From Trichomonas gallinae (taxonomy: Eukaryota), in NCBI GenBank assembly GCA_008369845.1, contig MRSU01010131.1, positions 1 to 48,646 of the forward strand: 48,646 nucleotides of DNA, in the 5' to 3' direction. Within the stretch, counting starts at the first letter, position 1, and every line of letters starts with the position of its first letter. Made by a program: the position numbers and the translations under genes. Below the pieces are notes generated by a model. That model was not told the origin of the DNA. It made no database searches and saw only the letters and a program-made list of their open reading frames with translations. Below, one piece after another: positions 21,072 to 31,693 of the stretch.

Positions 21072-21185
21072 TTTTACATGACAAATTAACTGTATGATCC
21101 AATTTACATCTTATCAAAATTATTTTTTACATGACATTTTTGATTAAAATTTATTTTACATGGCATTTTTAATTAAAATTTATAG
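21072..21185. repeat. Short TTTTACATGRCA motif array upstream of the calpain gene
   Basis: Cores at 21075, 21105, 21128, 21157; the last two lie in a 29-bp direct repeat. Confidence 0.7.
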
Positions 21186-21259
21186 AAGAAGGGTGCGTTT
21201 GAGGAAAATTTTAACCTTATCTCATATTAGCGAAACTCAAAACCGCATAAAGTGTTAAT

Positions 21260-21332
21260 ACATTTTGAAATAGTTGTTATTCTTTTCAATGCGAATTCAA
21301 AATTGAATGAAACCGCGAAAAGTGTCACAACT
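21260..21332 (-). repeat. Dispersed ~74-bp palindromic repeat (family A), copy 2
   Basis: Reverse-complement match to 5504-5577. Confidence 0.9.
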
Positions 21333-21448
21333 TATAAGTTATAACATATCATTAAATGGAGGCCAAATTTTATTATTTAAAGTTACAAAATGTTGAATAA
21401 ATAGTTGAATAGACATACTCCTGTTTTAAAAATATGAAGCGGAATAAT

Positions 21449-22537
21449 TTACTTTGATTGGAGATACTGAATTATTTCTGCGGATGAGATGCGCTTTGCT
21501 AATTCTATAATTGAAAAATAAAATGATGAATTATTTATAATAATGATAAACAAATGTGATTGATGAAATACTTTCATGTTGACATCGGCACCATATTCAA
21601 TTAGAAATTGAACAATTTCAAGTTACTTCATTTCAACAGCAATTGATAGAAAAGTCTTTTATATAAATGAAAAACAAATGTGATTGATGAATTCCATATA
21701 ATAATGATCAGCAAATGTGTAATGATGAATTCTTTATAATGAAAAACAAATGTAATTGATAAATTATTTATAATAAAGATAAACAAATGTAATTGATGAG
21801 TTTAACATTAGAATTATGAACAAAATTCGAATAATATTAATATCAAATCCATTTTCAATAAGGAAAAGCAAACTAGTTATATTTCCATAATAAAAACATT
21901 CTGCTATGTTTAATTTGCCCATAGATCCTTTCGTTTCGAGTAGTCAATCAAAGATATCGTTATGATGATATTTCAATGCAGCTACCAAGTGATCATCAAT
22001 AATCTCAAAGCGATAACTGTTCCATAAATCGAATAGAATGTTCTTACACCCTCCTTCAGCTGCATAGATGGATGTTTCGTCTGAAATCGCAGCGCCTTTC
22101 AGCTTTAAGTATGAAAAACACTTCTCAGAACCTTTGCATGCAATATCAATCAATGATATTTCTTCTCCTGTTTCTTTATCCTTAACTTTGTGATTGATGT
22201 CAATTGATTAACTATCGAGTTCAATTATAATGTCATCAAGTTTATCCCAAGCAACTAAATATTCAATACTTTGAGTTGGAAAAATTTCTAGGATTGAAAT
22301 CATAACAGCTGTAGTTAGATTTAATTGATTATTAAATTTTCCAATATGTTGAACAATTTTTTGGGAAAACATCCGAAAATATATTCAAGTAGTGATGAAT
22401 TCGAATATTTCATATTTTAATAACTCATCGCATTGATTATTAGCAAAGCAAGATATGATATGCGCAATAGCCTGAAGCTGTTTTGGTATTATCAACTCAC
22501 TGATGCTTTTCAATTTGAGCTCATCATATGCCTTCAT
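21449..22537 (-). pseudogene. DUF3447/ankyrin-repeat pseudogene with AT-rich repeat inserts
   Basis: One frame from ATG 22537: ...SIEYLVAWDKLD...LIDIACKGSEKCFSYL...AAEGG...ALKYHHNDIFD*LL...FLIENGFDIN [insert] KTFLSIAVEMK*LEIVQFLIEYGADVNMK [insert] ELAK...EIIQYLQSK*; in-frame stops at 22385-87, 22208-10, 21944-46, 21623-25. Confidence 0.88.
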
Positions 22538-22542
22538 TTAGC

Positions 22543-22667
22543 AAATGTGTTGCAACTTTTTCAGAGGAGTGGAGCGGTTTTCTGAAAAGATGCAACATAT
22601 TTTTCATTCATGGTATTCACAAAATATTTTTCCGAAGGAAAAATTTTTGAATACCATGAATAAAAAT
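22543..22667. repeat. Two abutting ~60-bp palindromes
   Basis: AAATGTGTTGCAACTTTTTCAGA / TCTGAAAAGATGCAACATATTT (22543-22602) and ATTCATGGTATTCA..TTTTTCC-GAA-GGAAAAA..TGAATACCATGAAT (22606-22661). Confidence 0.9.
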
Positions 22668-22699
22668 TTTGTCACTTTAATTATAGTCGCAATACAAAA

Positions 22700-22822
22700 A
22701 TTATAGGACATTCGATTATTTTCAATTCAAATTTCAAAGCAATTTAAAATGAAAATAATCATATAATCATATAACATTTTACGGCACTTTTGCGCCTGTA
22801 GAACTTCCAAAAACTGATAATT
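22700..22822 (-). repeat. Family B repeat, inverted copy with part of the hairpin right arm missing
   Basis: Reverse complement reads ...AAGTTCTACAGGCGCAAAAGTGCCGTAAAA...TATGATTATTTTCATTTTAAATTGCTTTGAAATTTGAATTGAAAATAATCG, aligning to 9670-9808. Confidence 0.85.
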
Positions 22823-23408
22823 TACCAACATAAAACTCTTTGAATAGTTTACAATTTAGTAGATCGAGTCACTTATGCAGTGCTTGATTGTTTTATTGAT
22901 AGTAACATTGCGAAAGATTACGCTGATGCCTCATTTCCACAACAGGTTGCGAGAGAAAACGCAGATATGACTCCTCGCTCTTGTTTTTTTGCATTAATAA
23001 AGATATTTTGCGAAGAGAATGATTTCTAATACTCAAAATATGTTTATTTAGTTCTTATTAAGATGATTGATCAATATTGAACATCTTCATAAAATACTCG
23101 ATATTTTATAAATGTTATATTGGGAAAAGTGAAAAAATATGGATGTAGATGATATATCTCAGACGAATTTACGGATGAAAAAAAAATTAGCTTTTATTAT
23201 ATGCATAAGTACATACATGCTTATAAAATGATTTATCCGCTGATAATTTTTCATTTGGAAAAAAAAATCATCTGATGATGAAATTCGTCCGCAGATGATC
23301 ATGTTTATGCTGATGAACAATGTTTATGACTAAATCCAGGATTTTTTCTCATTTAGAAAAACAAGTATAAGAATAGTGGATATCATTTTGAAAACAGAAA
23401 GCACTTTA

Positions 23409-24713
23409 TTAATATTTAGTATTATTAATATTATTAACACCGAACCTCTTGGAGTAGTGCATGAAGTGAGTTCGATTTACAAATCTATATTCCCATTTTT
23501 TGTATTCTGCCTGCCAATCAAAAAATAGTTTATATCTTTTTTCGTGGTCATCTGGAAGTTTCCTGTTGTATGTCATATAAATTATGTCATCTAAGCAAGT
23601 TAATATTTCTGTAGCGTTTATATCTTTCCCATCATTATCTAGTATGCTCAAACTTGATATTGACATATAGATCAACCATAAATCAAGTGAACATGCTGCT
23701 GCCATCACAGGTGTGTCGGTATACCAATTACCCATAATAAGAATACCGCTTTCTCTGTGTAAGTATAGCATGTTGAAAGAAAACGATCCGCTGCTCGATA
23801 AAACTAGTTTTGCACTAGCAAATTCTTTAGCAAGAAATTCTAATTCATTACATGCTTGCCAAGGCAAAATATACCAGTTATATTGGGGATATGTTTTCTT
23901 TGTCAAACTAAAAACATCTTCAATGTTTTTAATATGGCCCCATTTTCCTGGAGTTTTGTTCCATATTATGTGATTCACAGGTTTGATTTTTTCTAAATCA
24001 TACTTTTTGTAAATAACATCGTGAAGATGCCCCCAAGTTACGTGCATGCCATTGTGGAAGAAATTTGGTTTCACGATATATAATTCATTTGCGTGTACCC
24101 ATTGATTCTCTAGATGATGCACTTTTGATAAATCATAGCCAAGGAATGCCATGTAATTTCTGGCTGTGTTAAATTCATATCTTATGAATATATCAGCACG
24201 CGCAGTAATTTCACACGGCACTTCAAGAATTGGACATAAAACATCTTGCAAAAAATGACCAAATGTATTATAGAAAGAAAATCCACAGACAATCAACCGA
24301 TAATTCTCCAATGTGTGCTGTGTAGGAACTGGTGTGCCATCGTTTTTACGAGAGTCAGGAAAATCTGCTGGAACATAGCCTTTACCACTAACAATCACAC
24401 CCCAATTTGACAATTCGCAGTTCTTGAAATGCTGAACACGTGCTTGCTCAAAAACAAGTAGTGAATATTCCAGTCCATGACCTTGATTACTAACATTGTT
24501 TGATTTCAGTACTCTATGCATATCATGGCCAACATTTAGCGTAATATTTTCTATCAGTTCAACGTCTTCGATCTCTCTTATATCAGAGTACATAATATTT
24601 GATGGAATGTCGAATTGTTTCCCTGAAATGTTGATTGGTTGAATAATTATGCATGATAATATCATAACAAGGAAGAGTTCCATGATTTTAAGTACTACAT
24701 TAAAGTACTGCAT
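23409..24713 (-). CDS. Glycosyltransferase family 61 (DUF563)-like protein
   Basis: N-terminal hydrophobic anchor; FGHFLQDVL and FASAKLVLSSSGSFSFNMLYL resemble GT61 conserved blocks, with the usual His of HGA not retained. Confidence 0.7.
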   Translation of the reverse strand: MQYFNVVLKIMELFLVMILSCIIIQPINISGKQFDIPSNIMYSDIREIEDVELIENITLNVGHDMHRVLKSNNVSNQGHGLEYSLLVFEQARVQHFKNCELSNWGVIVSGKGYVPADFPDSRKNDGTPVPTQHTLENYRLIVCGFSFYNTFGHFLQDVLCPILEVPCEITARADIFIRYEFNTARNYMAFLGYDLSKVHHLENQWVHANELYIVKPNFFHNGMHVTWGHLHDVIYKKYDLEKIKPVNHIIWNKTPGKWGHIKNIEDVFSLTKKTYPQYNWYILPWQACNELEFLAKEFASAKLVLSSSGSFSFNMLYLHRESGILIMGNWYTDTPVMAAACSLDLWLIYMSISSLSILDNDGKDINATEILTCLDDIIYMTYNRKLPDDHEKRYKLFFDWQAEYKKWEYRFVNRTHFMHYSKRFGVNNINNTKY

Positions 24714-25623
24714 TCCAAAATAAAATTATCTCGGCTCGAATTTTTTTTCGTTGAAAGTTTAGATTCTAGTGATAAGATAATGTTTGGCAAGTTAATACTT
24801 GGAGGCCAATCATGAAAGAGTTTTATATAGAAAATGAATCGGAAAAACCGTTATTAGAGTTCAATAATCTCAGAATATGATAAGCGATGCAAAATACGCA
24901 TATTTTTTTATTTAATGTAAACAATTTTTGAAAGCTTTTGAATTGTTATTTCTTTCAATCGAGTTGGCTTTAGTAAGCTGTGCTCAAGAATTTGTGCTAT
25001 TTGATATAATTTGTTGAGTCTACGATTATTTTAATTCAAATTTATTACATTCCGAACAATTTTGATAGAAATTAGAATCATTTTCAAAACAAAAAACAAA
25101 CAGAATTGGCTGCATGTTGATGAATACAAATATCTGTAGTTTTGTCAATTTCAGTCAAAAAAGTTTTTTTGATAAATCAGAATGAAAAAACTTAGTTTGA
25201 TGAATGATGAAGCATTGAAATCAAGAATTTTTTTGACAATTTTTCAGATCAGATTTTCAGGGGGAGAATCACTTTAGGTACTGGGTTTAATGATGCAGAA
25301 TCACCATGGTACTGATATTAGATATGTCTGCTCGAGAATGAAGAAACTTTCAAATTTGACGTGTAAAGTCCTAATGTCGATGTCAAATTTGATGTTTTAC
25401 GTGACAAAAATCTGACTTCGGTCTATTTCATCTTCAATTATTGATAGTTCTAGAAAGCTGGCACAATACATAGTGAAAGCTAAGCTATAACTTTAAGTGA
25501 TGATGATATTACGATTAAAATGAAATTTCAATGTTATATTTGATGCTCTCGAAGTGATTGATAATATTTTCTGGTATGTGAATTTAGAAATAGAATAATT
25601 TAACTAAAAATACAAACAAGATT

Positions 25624-26601
25624 TTATTTCATTCTCAAAGAAGGAAGTGCGCTTTTGATAGTCTGGAAATAAGGGAATTTCAAGCACTCTGAGGCTGTTG
25701 GCCTTTCTTTTGGATTAAATTTAAATATTGCTGTTAATAAATCGATTAACAGCGGTTCTGTATTAGGTGGGAATTTCAACGTTAGATCAGTTGTCCTCTC
25801 TGCTGCAGGCCAAGGCAAAGGATGCTCAAATGAATCGGCTTCTTCTTGTGTTGGATTGCCAATAATGTTGATAATTTTAACAACCTGATCGTTATTGTCT
25901 TCGCCTGGGAAGATAACTTCGCCACTTAGTAGCATTTGTGCAATAACACAACCAGCAGACCAAATATCGATTGAAAAGTCGTAATATTGACAGCCAAGCA
26001 GGACTTCTGGTGCTCGATAAAACCTAGATCCTATATCAGCTGTTGATTTGTCACCTTCTTTGATTATTTTTGCGCTACCAAAATCACATAGCTTCAATGA
26101 ATGTGCTTTGGGGTCGATAAGTATATTATCAGGCTTTAAATCGCGATGGCATATGCCTAAGCTGTGTATATATTCGAGACCTTTGAACAATTGCTGTGCG
26201 TAAAATTTTATCGATTGTTTTATCATTGGTTTTTTGTTTGTTTTGCATTGAGTCAAGAATTTACCCAACGATGAAGGCATGTAGTCCATAACTATGTATT
26301 GGAAAACTTCTCCTTCCCCTGCTTTCTTTCGATATACTGATTTTAATTTTATGCAATTAGGATGATCTATTTTTTTCATGATGTCAGCCTCTCTATTTTG
26401 GAACTTAGGGTCTATTTTGATGGTTTTGATTGCAATCATCTGCCCATCTTGGTCTAGTGCAGAAATTACAGTTCCAAAAGCTCCCTGACCCATCTGCATG
26501 AGAGGTTTATATGTGAAATGCTTTTTCCCACCTATAGTAGTGGGCCTGGCGTGAATAAGACGACCCTGATTACCAAGCAAAGGCAAGGTCTTCAGTGCCA
26601 T
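25624..26601 (-). CDS. GSK3: GSK3-like CMGC kinase
   Basis: GQGAFGTV, IAIK, QNRE, ICHRDLKPDN, LKLCDFGSAK, IGSRFYRAPE, IDIWSAGCV. Confidence 0.9.
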   Translation of the reverse strand: MALKTLPLLGNQGRLIHARPTTIGGKKHFTYKPLMQMGQGAFGTVISALDQDGQMIAIKTIKIDPKFQNREADIMKKIDHPNCIKLKSVYRKKAGEGEVFQYIVMDYMPSSLGKFLTQCKTNKKPMIKQSIKFYAQQLFKGLEYIHSLGICHRDLKPDNILIDPKAHSLKLCDFGSAKIIKEGDKSTADIGSRFYRAPEVLLGCQYYDFSIDIWSAGCVIAQMLLSGEVIFPGEDNNDQVVKIINIIGNPTQEEADSFEHPLPWPAAERTTDLTLKFPPNTEPLLIDLLTAIFKFNPKERPTASECLKFPYFQTIKSALPSLRMK

Positions 26602-26621
26602 CTTTTTTTAAAATGATTTTT

Positions 26622-26880
26622 ATCGTCTTTCTAAAATTTTGTAAAGTTTTACGGGTGTGAAAGCAATTTAACAAGTTTGCAGAATTTTGATATATACAAT
26701 ATTATATGAATATTGTTTTAGAAATTTTTGAATAGAAAATAATCGTATTTCTGAAAATTTGTTATATTAATACGGGCGTGGAAGCATTGTTGCAGAATTT
26801 TGAATTTTACAATATTATATGAATTTTGATTTTGAAATATTCTTTTTTGAATTTAATTTAATCGTATTTCTGAAATTTTG
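26622..26880 (+). repeat. ~120-bp tandem repeat (2.2 copies) related to family B
   Basis: Units start with ATCGT at 26622, 26742, 26861; share TACGGGYGTG.AAGC and, in unit 1, GAAATTTTTGAATAGAAAATAATCGTA with 9690-9797. Confidence 0.8.
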
Positions 26881-27304
26881 ATTTGAATCCGATTTTTTGT
26901 TGTTATTCGCAGTTATAAATTAATTGCAGCAATAAAATCGATTTTCGCCAAGAATCTGTATTTTGGGTATAAATCTCATCATAATCATATTAAGCTCACG
27001 ATGTTGTATTGTTATCGTTTGACTGGTCGACCAATAAACCAGAAAAAACGAATTCGAAAAATTTATTTTCTCTAGCTTAAACATCCTTTTAGATATATCT
27101 ATTTCATGCCATAAACAATCTAAATTTCGATTATTTCACTAGCCTTTATGAAAGATTTATTGCGAATAGAATTATTAATCAATGTTATAGTCTAAATTCT
27201 ATTATGTATCACTTGCTTTGTAGAAATATATGCATTAGATTTGAAAATGACAGATTTACTTAAAGATTTTTATAATCTAATTTCACAGTAAGTTATTTTA
27301 TAAA

Positions 27305-30300
27305 TCATAAACCATGCACTTTCGACATATCATCCAGCTCAGCAGCTGCAAGAGCTGTAGCTGTCTGAATGTCACCACCACCAACTAATAATCTTAATGC
27401 TTGTCCTCTAGAAGCAGGCTGTATCACAGAACCCATTGATTCTACGATGACATCGCAAGACTCTTTGATCATTGGCTTGGCATCCTTGTAGAACAAAACT
27501 AATGTCTGGAAAAGTGGAATAAAGTTTGTAACAATCATTGGCAACTTAGAGTAAAGATAGGAAGGTGCGTCAACATTTTCTCCGCCATCTGCTATCACTT
27601 TGAGCAAGATCTGGCCGTTCTCGAATGTTGGGTACTTGAGGAAGAACTTTTCTATGCGCTCCAAGTAATCGAAGAACATCTGATCTTTAGTTCTCTTTCC
27701 AGCATCAGAAAGGATTCTGTATGTCTCTCTCACTGCCTCTGTGACTTCATATGAGCAGTAAGGAGAAGACAACAAACTCTCGAAAATCTTTCCGACTCTA
27801 AGAGAAAGCTGTGGGAATAAATAAACAGCCATTGTAAACTGAGGTGAAGTGAGTTTCGCGATGAAGTTGTTCACGAAGCCGCTGAAGAATGGAACAGGAA
27901 TCTGATCGCAATTTGCAGACACTAGAATCCTTGAAAGGAGTAAAATAACTGCTTGCGCTGTTCTGAAGTTTTGGTTGAAGTTCTCGTAGTTGTTGTAGAC
28001 ATGAATTGCGAGCGCAGAAACAAGCTGGAAGGCTTTCGGAGCTGATGTTGGCAAAAGGAATAATGCTAATGCTCGCAAACCATTTGCTCTCAACGAAGGA
28101 AGTCCGTGTGTCATGATTGCTTCAAAGTTCTGCTGAGCCAAGCATGGGAATGTTTCGCCTTTCATGTTCGAAAGAGCTGAAGCAATAAGAAGCCAAGTGT
28201 ACATAGATGTTGTGCCGAATCCTACTGCGAGAATTACAGCGCGATAGATATTGTCTGATGATGGAACAGTTGGAAGGATGACTGTTATCAAGTTAGTCAA
28301 CTCGAAAAGCATGGAAGCTGTGATGTCAACTAAAATATCAGGCAATCTATTGTTGGCTTGAACTAATATTGTCTGGAAAAGTGCAGTCTTTCTTTGCGCC
28401 TTGATACATGTGAGAGCTGTTGCTACGAATCTAAGGAAGACAATCTTCTTCCTGCACGATGTCAGTTCGACGTAGATCGGAAGTGTTCTAGTGATCAAAA
28501 CTGCGAGTTGGTCAGCATCAATCAAAATATTGTTCATCAGCGGCAAAACCTTCAAAAGTCTGTGTGCTCTGTACTCTTCAATGTCTATTACATACTGAAC
28601 GAAGAAGTTTGGATCGACTTTGATCAATGCCATTATTGATTCATTGTTTTCAGCCTTCAAAATCAACTCTGGGGCAATCTTTTCGCCAATCTTTTCCTCG
28701 CAGAGTTCGATTAATGGCTGTGGGAACTCTTTGATTTGTTTCTTTGGTATTTGTATGACCAATGGGAATATTTTGTCATCAAGGCATAACTGTTTGTGCT
28801 GAAGTAATTCATCTAAATTGATATTGAACTCTTGGCGCAGTGAATAATCAATGATAGCCTTCATAGTCTTAACGTGCTCATTCTGCAAAGCGAGATTGTA
28901 CATTTTATCGAAGATCTCGTTGGAAACTTTGATTCTTCCTGAGCTGCACAAGCTTTCAATCAAAGCCAAGTCTTCTATGAACTCGCCTCTCTTAACGTTC
29001 GGTTGTATTGATGCGATCTTGAGTTTGTCTGTGACAGGCTTGAATTCGAAAGGCTCCGGTGGTGGAGGAGGAGCAGCGAAGAATGAGACATCGATCTTAG
29101 CGAACGTGTCTGGGTTTTCTTCGATGAATTTCGGAACAAATTCGAGATCGAAAATTGTGTTGTAGACAATGACGAAGTCCCAGTGTTGTCTGTCCAATCT
29201 TGCGAGCACCTGTTCGTCGAGTTTGATCCTATCGTACTTAGACAAAAGCTTGTACGTGCATGCGTCCATCTCTGGGTCCCCAACTGGCCAAACGTCGAGT
29301 GGTGTTGTCTGGAAGTAGTTCAGAACTCTCGTTGAGAATGGCTCGCCAATATCGCACGCGTATTGAAGAAGAGCTGGCGCGTGTTCGTCCTTGATTTCTT
29401 TGATGAGTGATGAGCCCATGACATGGACGAGCTTGAAGAGAATCTTGCAAGCTTCGACTGACTCAAGTTGGCCAAGCAATTTGTTGACGCCTGCCATAGC
29501 TATTTCGTGGTCGTTTTGGTCGACGATGATGAAAGCCAAGAAAATTAATTCTGGGGCAGTGCCTACAGTCGAAAGGTACTTCTGGAGCATCTCGTTGACG
29601 ACAGGGGGAAGAGGCTTGGGGCAGTTTGTGAAGAGTTTCACGCAGGAAGCGGAAACTTCATCCTTTGATGTAGCTTTGAAAGTTTCGAGGCCGAGATTCC
29701 ACAAGTGGTCATAATATGGGCTTGTTGTTGATATGAGTGTCCTTGCAGCATCCAAAGCGTAATGGCCTAAAATTGGGACAAGGTAGAAAGAATCCCAGAA
29801 TAATGTGTCTGTGTCAACTAACAAAGCTCTTGGGATGGAATAAAGGAATGAGAAGCAGTTCATAACTGGTTCCATAACTGTAACATGGTCAAATGATGGA
29901 TTTGCAACGATATCAGTATCGAGAGTTTCAACAAAATTTCCTGGTGGCATTGGAACATCGTAGTGGTTCTGTGGGTAATCCATCTTCCTGTGTGAAAAAG
30001 ACTGATACTGCTTGGCAATGAATTCGAATGAGAAATCGCGAAGTTCATCAGGCATGTGATCGATCGGAATGTGGCTGAGGAAGTCGTAAGCATTGGATAA
30101 AAGGGTGATGTTATCGTATTCAAGGATTGATTCGTAAGCGATGTCAACAAATTGCTGGAAAGCTGAGGTGCGGAAGAGTTTTGACAAACAAGCGAGAAGT
30201 CTGAACCTCCTCTGAGAAACAGCATCAGACAACCAGTCACTCTTGAAAATTCTAGAAAGAAGATCGTTGATGTTTGAGTATGATGCGACTTTGATAATTG

Positions 30301-31693
30301 AATCAATAGCAGAGTTAAACAATCTGTCTGTTGTTGATAACGCGTACTCCAAAAGACGATCAAAAACAAGATCTTGATATGTTGGCATCTGTTTCATGAC
30401 AATTGACAATGGAATCCTGTCTATCATCTTGCAGACTGTTTCATCATGAACCCAGTTCTTGTTCTTCTTGCGAAGAATGAAATCGAGTAATTCGATATGT
30501 ATCGTTTTCTTGCAGCGCTTGAGAAGTTCAGTAATGCAGGTACCAAATGCGTCGACAAATGTGCAGTAAAGATCGTTTTCTGACTCTTTGTAAGGAATGA
30601 AAAATTCTGCAACTTGATCAGCATCGACATTGTCAATATTGAACTTGTCGAGGAAGTATGTAACAGCAGCATTGAGCTTTGCACCCTTCAAAGAGTCTGC
30701 ATCGCCTGCTTCGAGTTTAATTTCAGAAATTGGCGTTGGAAGATTGAGTAATTTAGCTTTGAACGGTATAGAAAGATTTTCTGGGATTGTGGTATAAATT
30801 CTTGTATGAATAGCTTGGTGAAGATCAGTTCCGCGTGATTTTTTGAGGAAAATATTTGCGATTTTGCAAGAATATTCGAAAAGGCTGAGCTGTGGTTTCG
30901 GTCTCATGAAAATCTTGATTGCATTTGAAAGGAAGAGCTCATGATTCTCAACACCCATGATATCATATATTTCATCATCAGCGAGAAGGAATGGGCCCAA
31001 CCAGACTATTGCATCTTCAAGGTTGTTTCCAGCACAGAAGGAAAGGCAATCTTTTGTAAGCTGTTCTTTGTTTAATTGAATAAGTAGAAATACAGAGTTC
31101 GCAAAAGCGTAATTTGGCTTTCTTCCACACGAAACTAAGATGGATCTGAGAATATTTTGATGGAATTCAACCGGTAGAACTTTCATCAGTGGAATAATTT
31201 GAGGTAAGTGTTGAATGTAGTCTGAAACATCGACACCAAAGTGGTGAACAACTGGAACCATCGAAACAAACTCCGTAATACGTACTGGAGAAACGAATCT
31301 CGATAAATATACGAACATATTAATAATTGCTACCGACATTTTAGGTGAAACGGGTAATTGAGACGTTGCATGACCGAAAGCTCGGATAAATAGAAGAGGA
31401 GAGAATGGTGCAACGCATAAAAGCAATGCACCAAGAGTTGAATATGCATTAACGCGAACTGTGGCATCTGAGTTCTCAGTATACCCAAGTATTGTTGAAA
31501 TGACGGTTGATAAGCATATATGCGGATTTACTCGTGTAAATGAATTTAACCATTGAAATGAAACGTTCTTTCTGAACCTTGTAAGGGTTATGATAAGTGT
31601 CTGGTTGTCATCATTGCGCAGTCCATTAAGATTTTTATACAAAATTCCAAAATTATCATCGATTTCAGCAATGACAGGCAGGGCAGCACTCAT
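27305..31693 (-). CDS. Large alpha-solenoid (HEAT/ARM-like) protein of unknown function
   Basis: 1462-aa ORF, helical amphipathic pattern, HEAT-like ENSDATVRVNAYSTLGALL and PSLRANGLRALALF segments. Confidence 0.8.
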   Translation of the reverse strand: MSAALPVIAEIDDNFGILYKNLNGLRNDDNQTLIITLTRFRKNVSFQWLNSFTRVNPHICLSTVISTILGYTENSDATVRVNAYSTLGALLLCVAPFSPLLFIRAFGHATSQLPVSPKMSVAIINMFVYLSRFVSPVRITEFVSMVPVVHHFGVDVSDYIQHLPQIIPLMKVLPVEFHQNILRSILVSCGRKPNYAFANSVFLLIQLNKEQLTKDCLSFCAGNNLEDAIVWLGPFLLADDEIYDIMGVENHELFLSNAIKIFMRPKPQLSLFEYSCKIANIFLKKSRGTDLHQAIHTRIYTTIPENLSIPFKAKLLNLPTPISEIKLEAGDADSLKGAKLNAAVTYFLDKFNIDNVDADQVAEFFIPYKESENDLYCTFVDAFGTCITELLKRCKKTIHIELLDFILRKKNKNWVHDETVCKMIDRIPLSIVMKQMPTYQDLVFDRLLEYALSTTDRLFNSAIDSIIKVASYSNINDLLSRIFKSDWLSDAVSQRRFRLLACLSKLFRTSAFQQFVDIAYESILEYDNITLLSNAYDFLSHIPIDHMPDELRDFSFEFIAKQYQSFSHRKMDYPQNHYDVPMPPGNFVETLDTDIVANPSFDHVTVMEPVMNCFSFLYSIPRALLVDTDTLFWDSFYLVPILGHYALDAARTLISTTSPYYDHLWNLGLETFKATSKDEVSASCVKLFTNCPKPLPPVVNEMLQKYLSTVGTAPELIFLAFIIVDQNDHEIAMAGVNKLLGQLESVEACKILFKLVHVMGSSLIKEIKDEHAPALLQYACDIGEPFSTRVLNYFQTTPLDVWPVGDPEMDACTYKLLSKYDRIKLDEQVLARLDRQHWDFVIVYNTIFDLEFVPKFIEENPDTFAKIDVSFFAAPPPPPEPFEFKPVTDKLKIASIQPNVKRGEFIEDLALIESLCSSGRIKVSNEIFDKMYNLALQNEHVKTMKAIIDYSLRQEFNINLDELLQHKQLCLDDKIFPLVIQIPKKQIKEFPQPLIELCEEKIGEKIAPELILKAENNESIMALIKVDPNFFVQYVIDIEEYRAHRLLKVLPLMNNILIDADQLAVLITRTLPIYVELTSCRKKIVFLRFVATALTCIKAQRKTALFQTILVQANNRLPDILVDITASMLFELTNLITVILPTVPSSDNIYRAVILAVGFGTTSMYTWLLIASALSNMKGETFPCLAQQNFEAIMTHGLPSLRANGLRALALFLLPTSAPKAFQLVSALAIHVYNNYENFNQNFRTAQAVILLLSRILVSANCDQIPVPFFSGFVNNFIAKLTSPQFTMAVYLFPQLSLRVGKIFESLLSSPYCSYEVTEAVRETYRILSDAGKRTKDQMFFDYLERIEKFFLKYPTFENGQILLKVIADGGENVDAPSYLYSKLPMIVTNFIPLFQTLVLFYKDAKPMIKESCDVIVESMGSVIQPASRGQALRLLVGGGDIQTATALAAAELDDMSKVHGL

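Noticed and set aside
22309..22340. TCTAACTACAG on the minus strand resembling a short trichomonad intron 3' end
   Set aside because: No GT donor at the expected distance, and spacing does not fit either known intron type
21944..22387. In-frame stops as evidence of stop-codon reassignment or readthrough
   Set aside because: Stops are mixed TGA/TAA, and neighbouring intact genes terminate normally at TAA, TAG or TGA; ordinary pseudogenisation is sufficient
25203..25315. Possible C/D snoRNA (ATGATGA...CTGA)
   Set aside because: Boxes are common in AT-rich DNA; no terminal stem or recognisable rRNA guide
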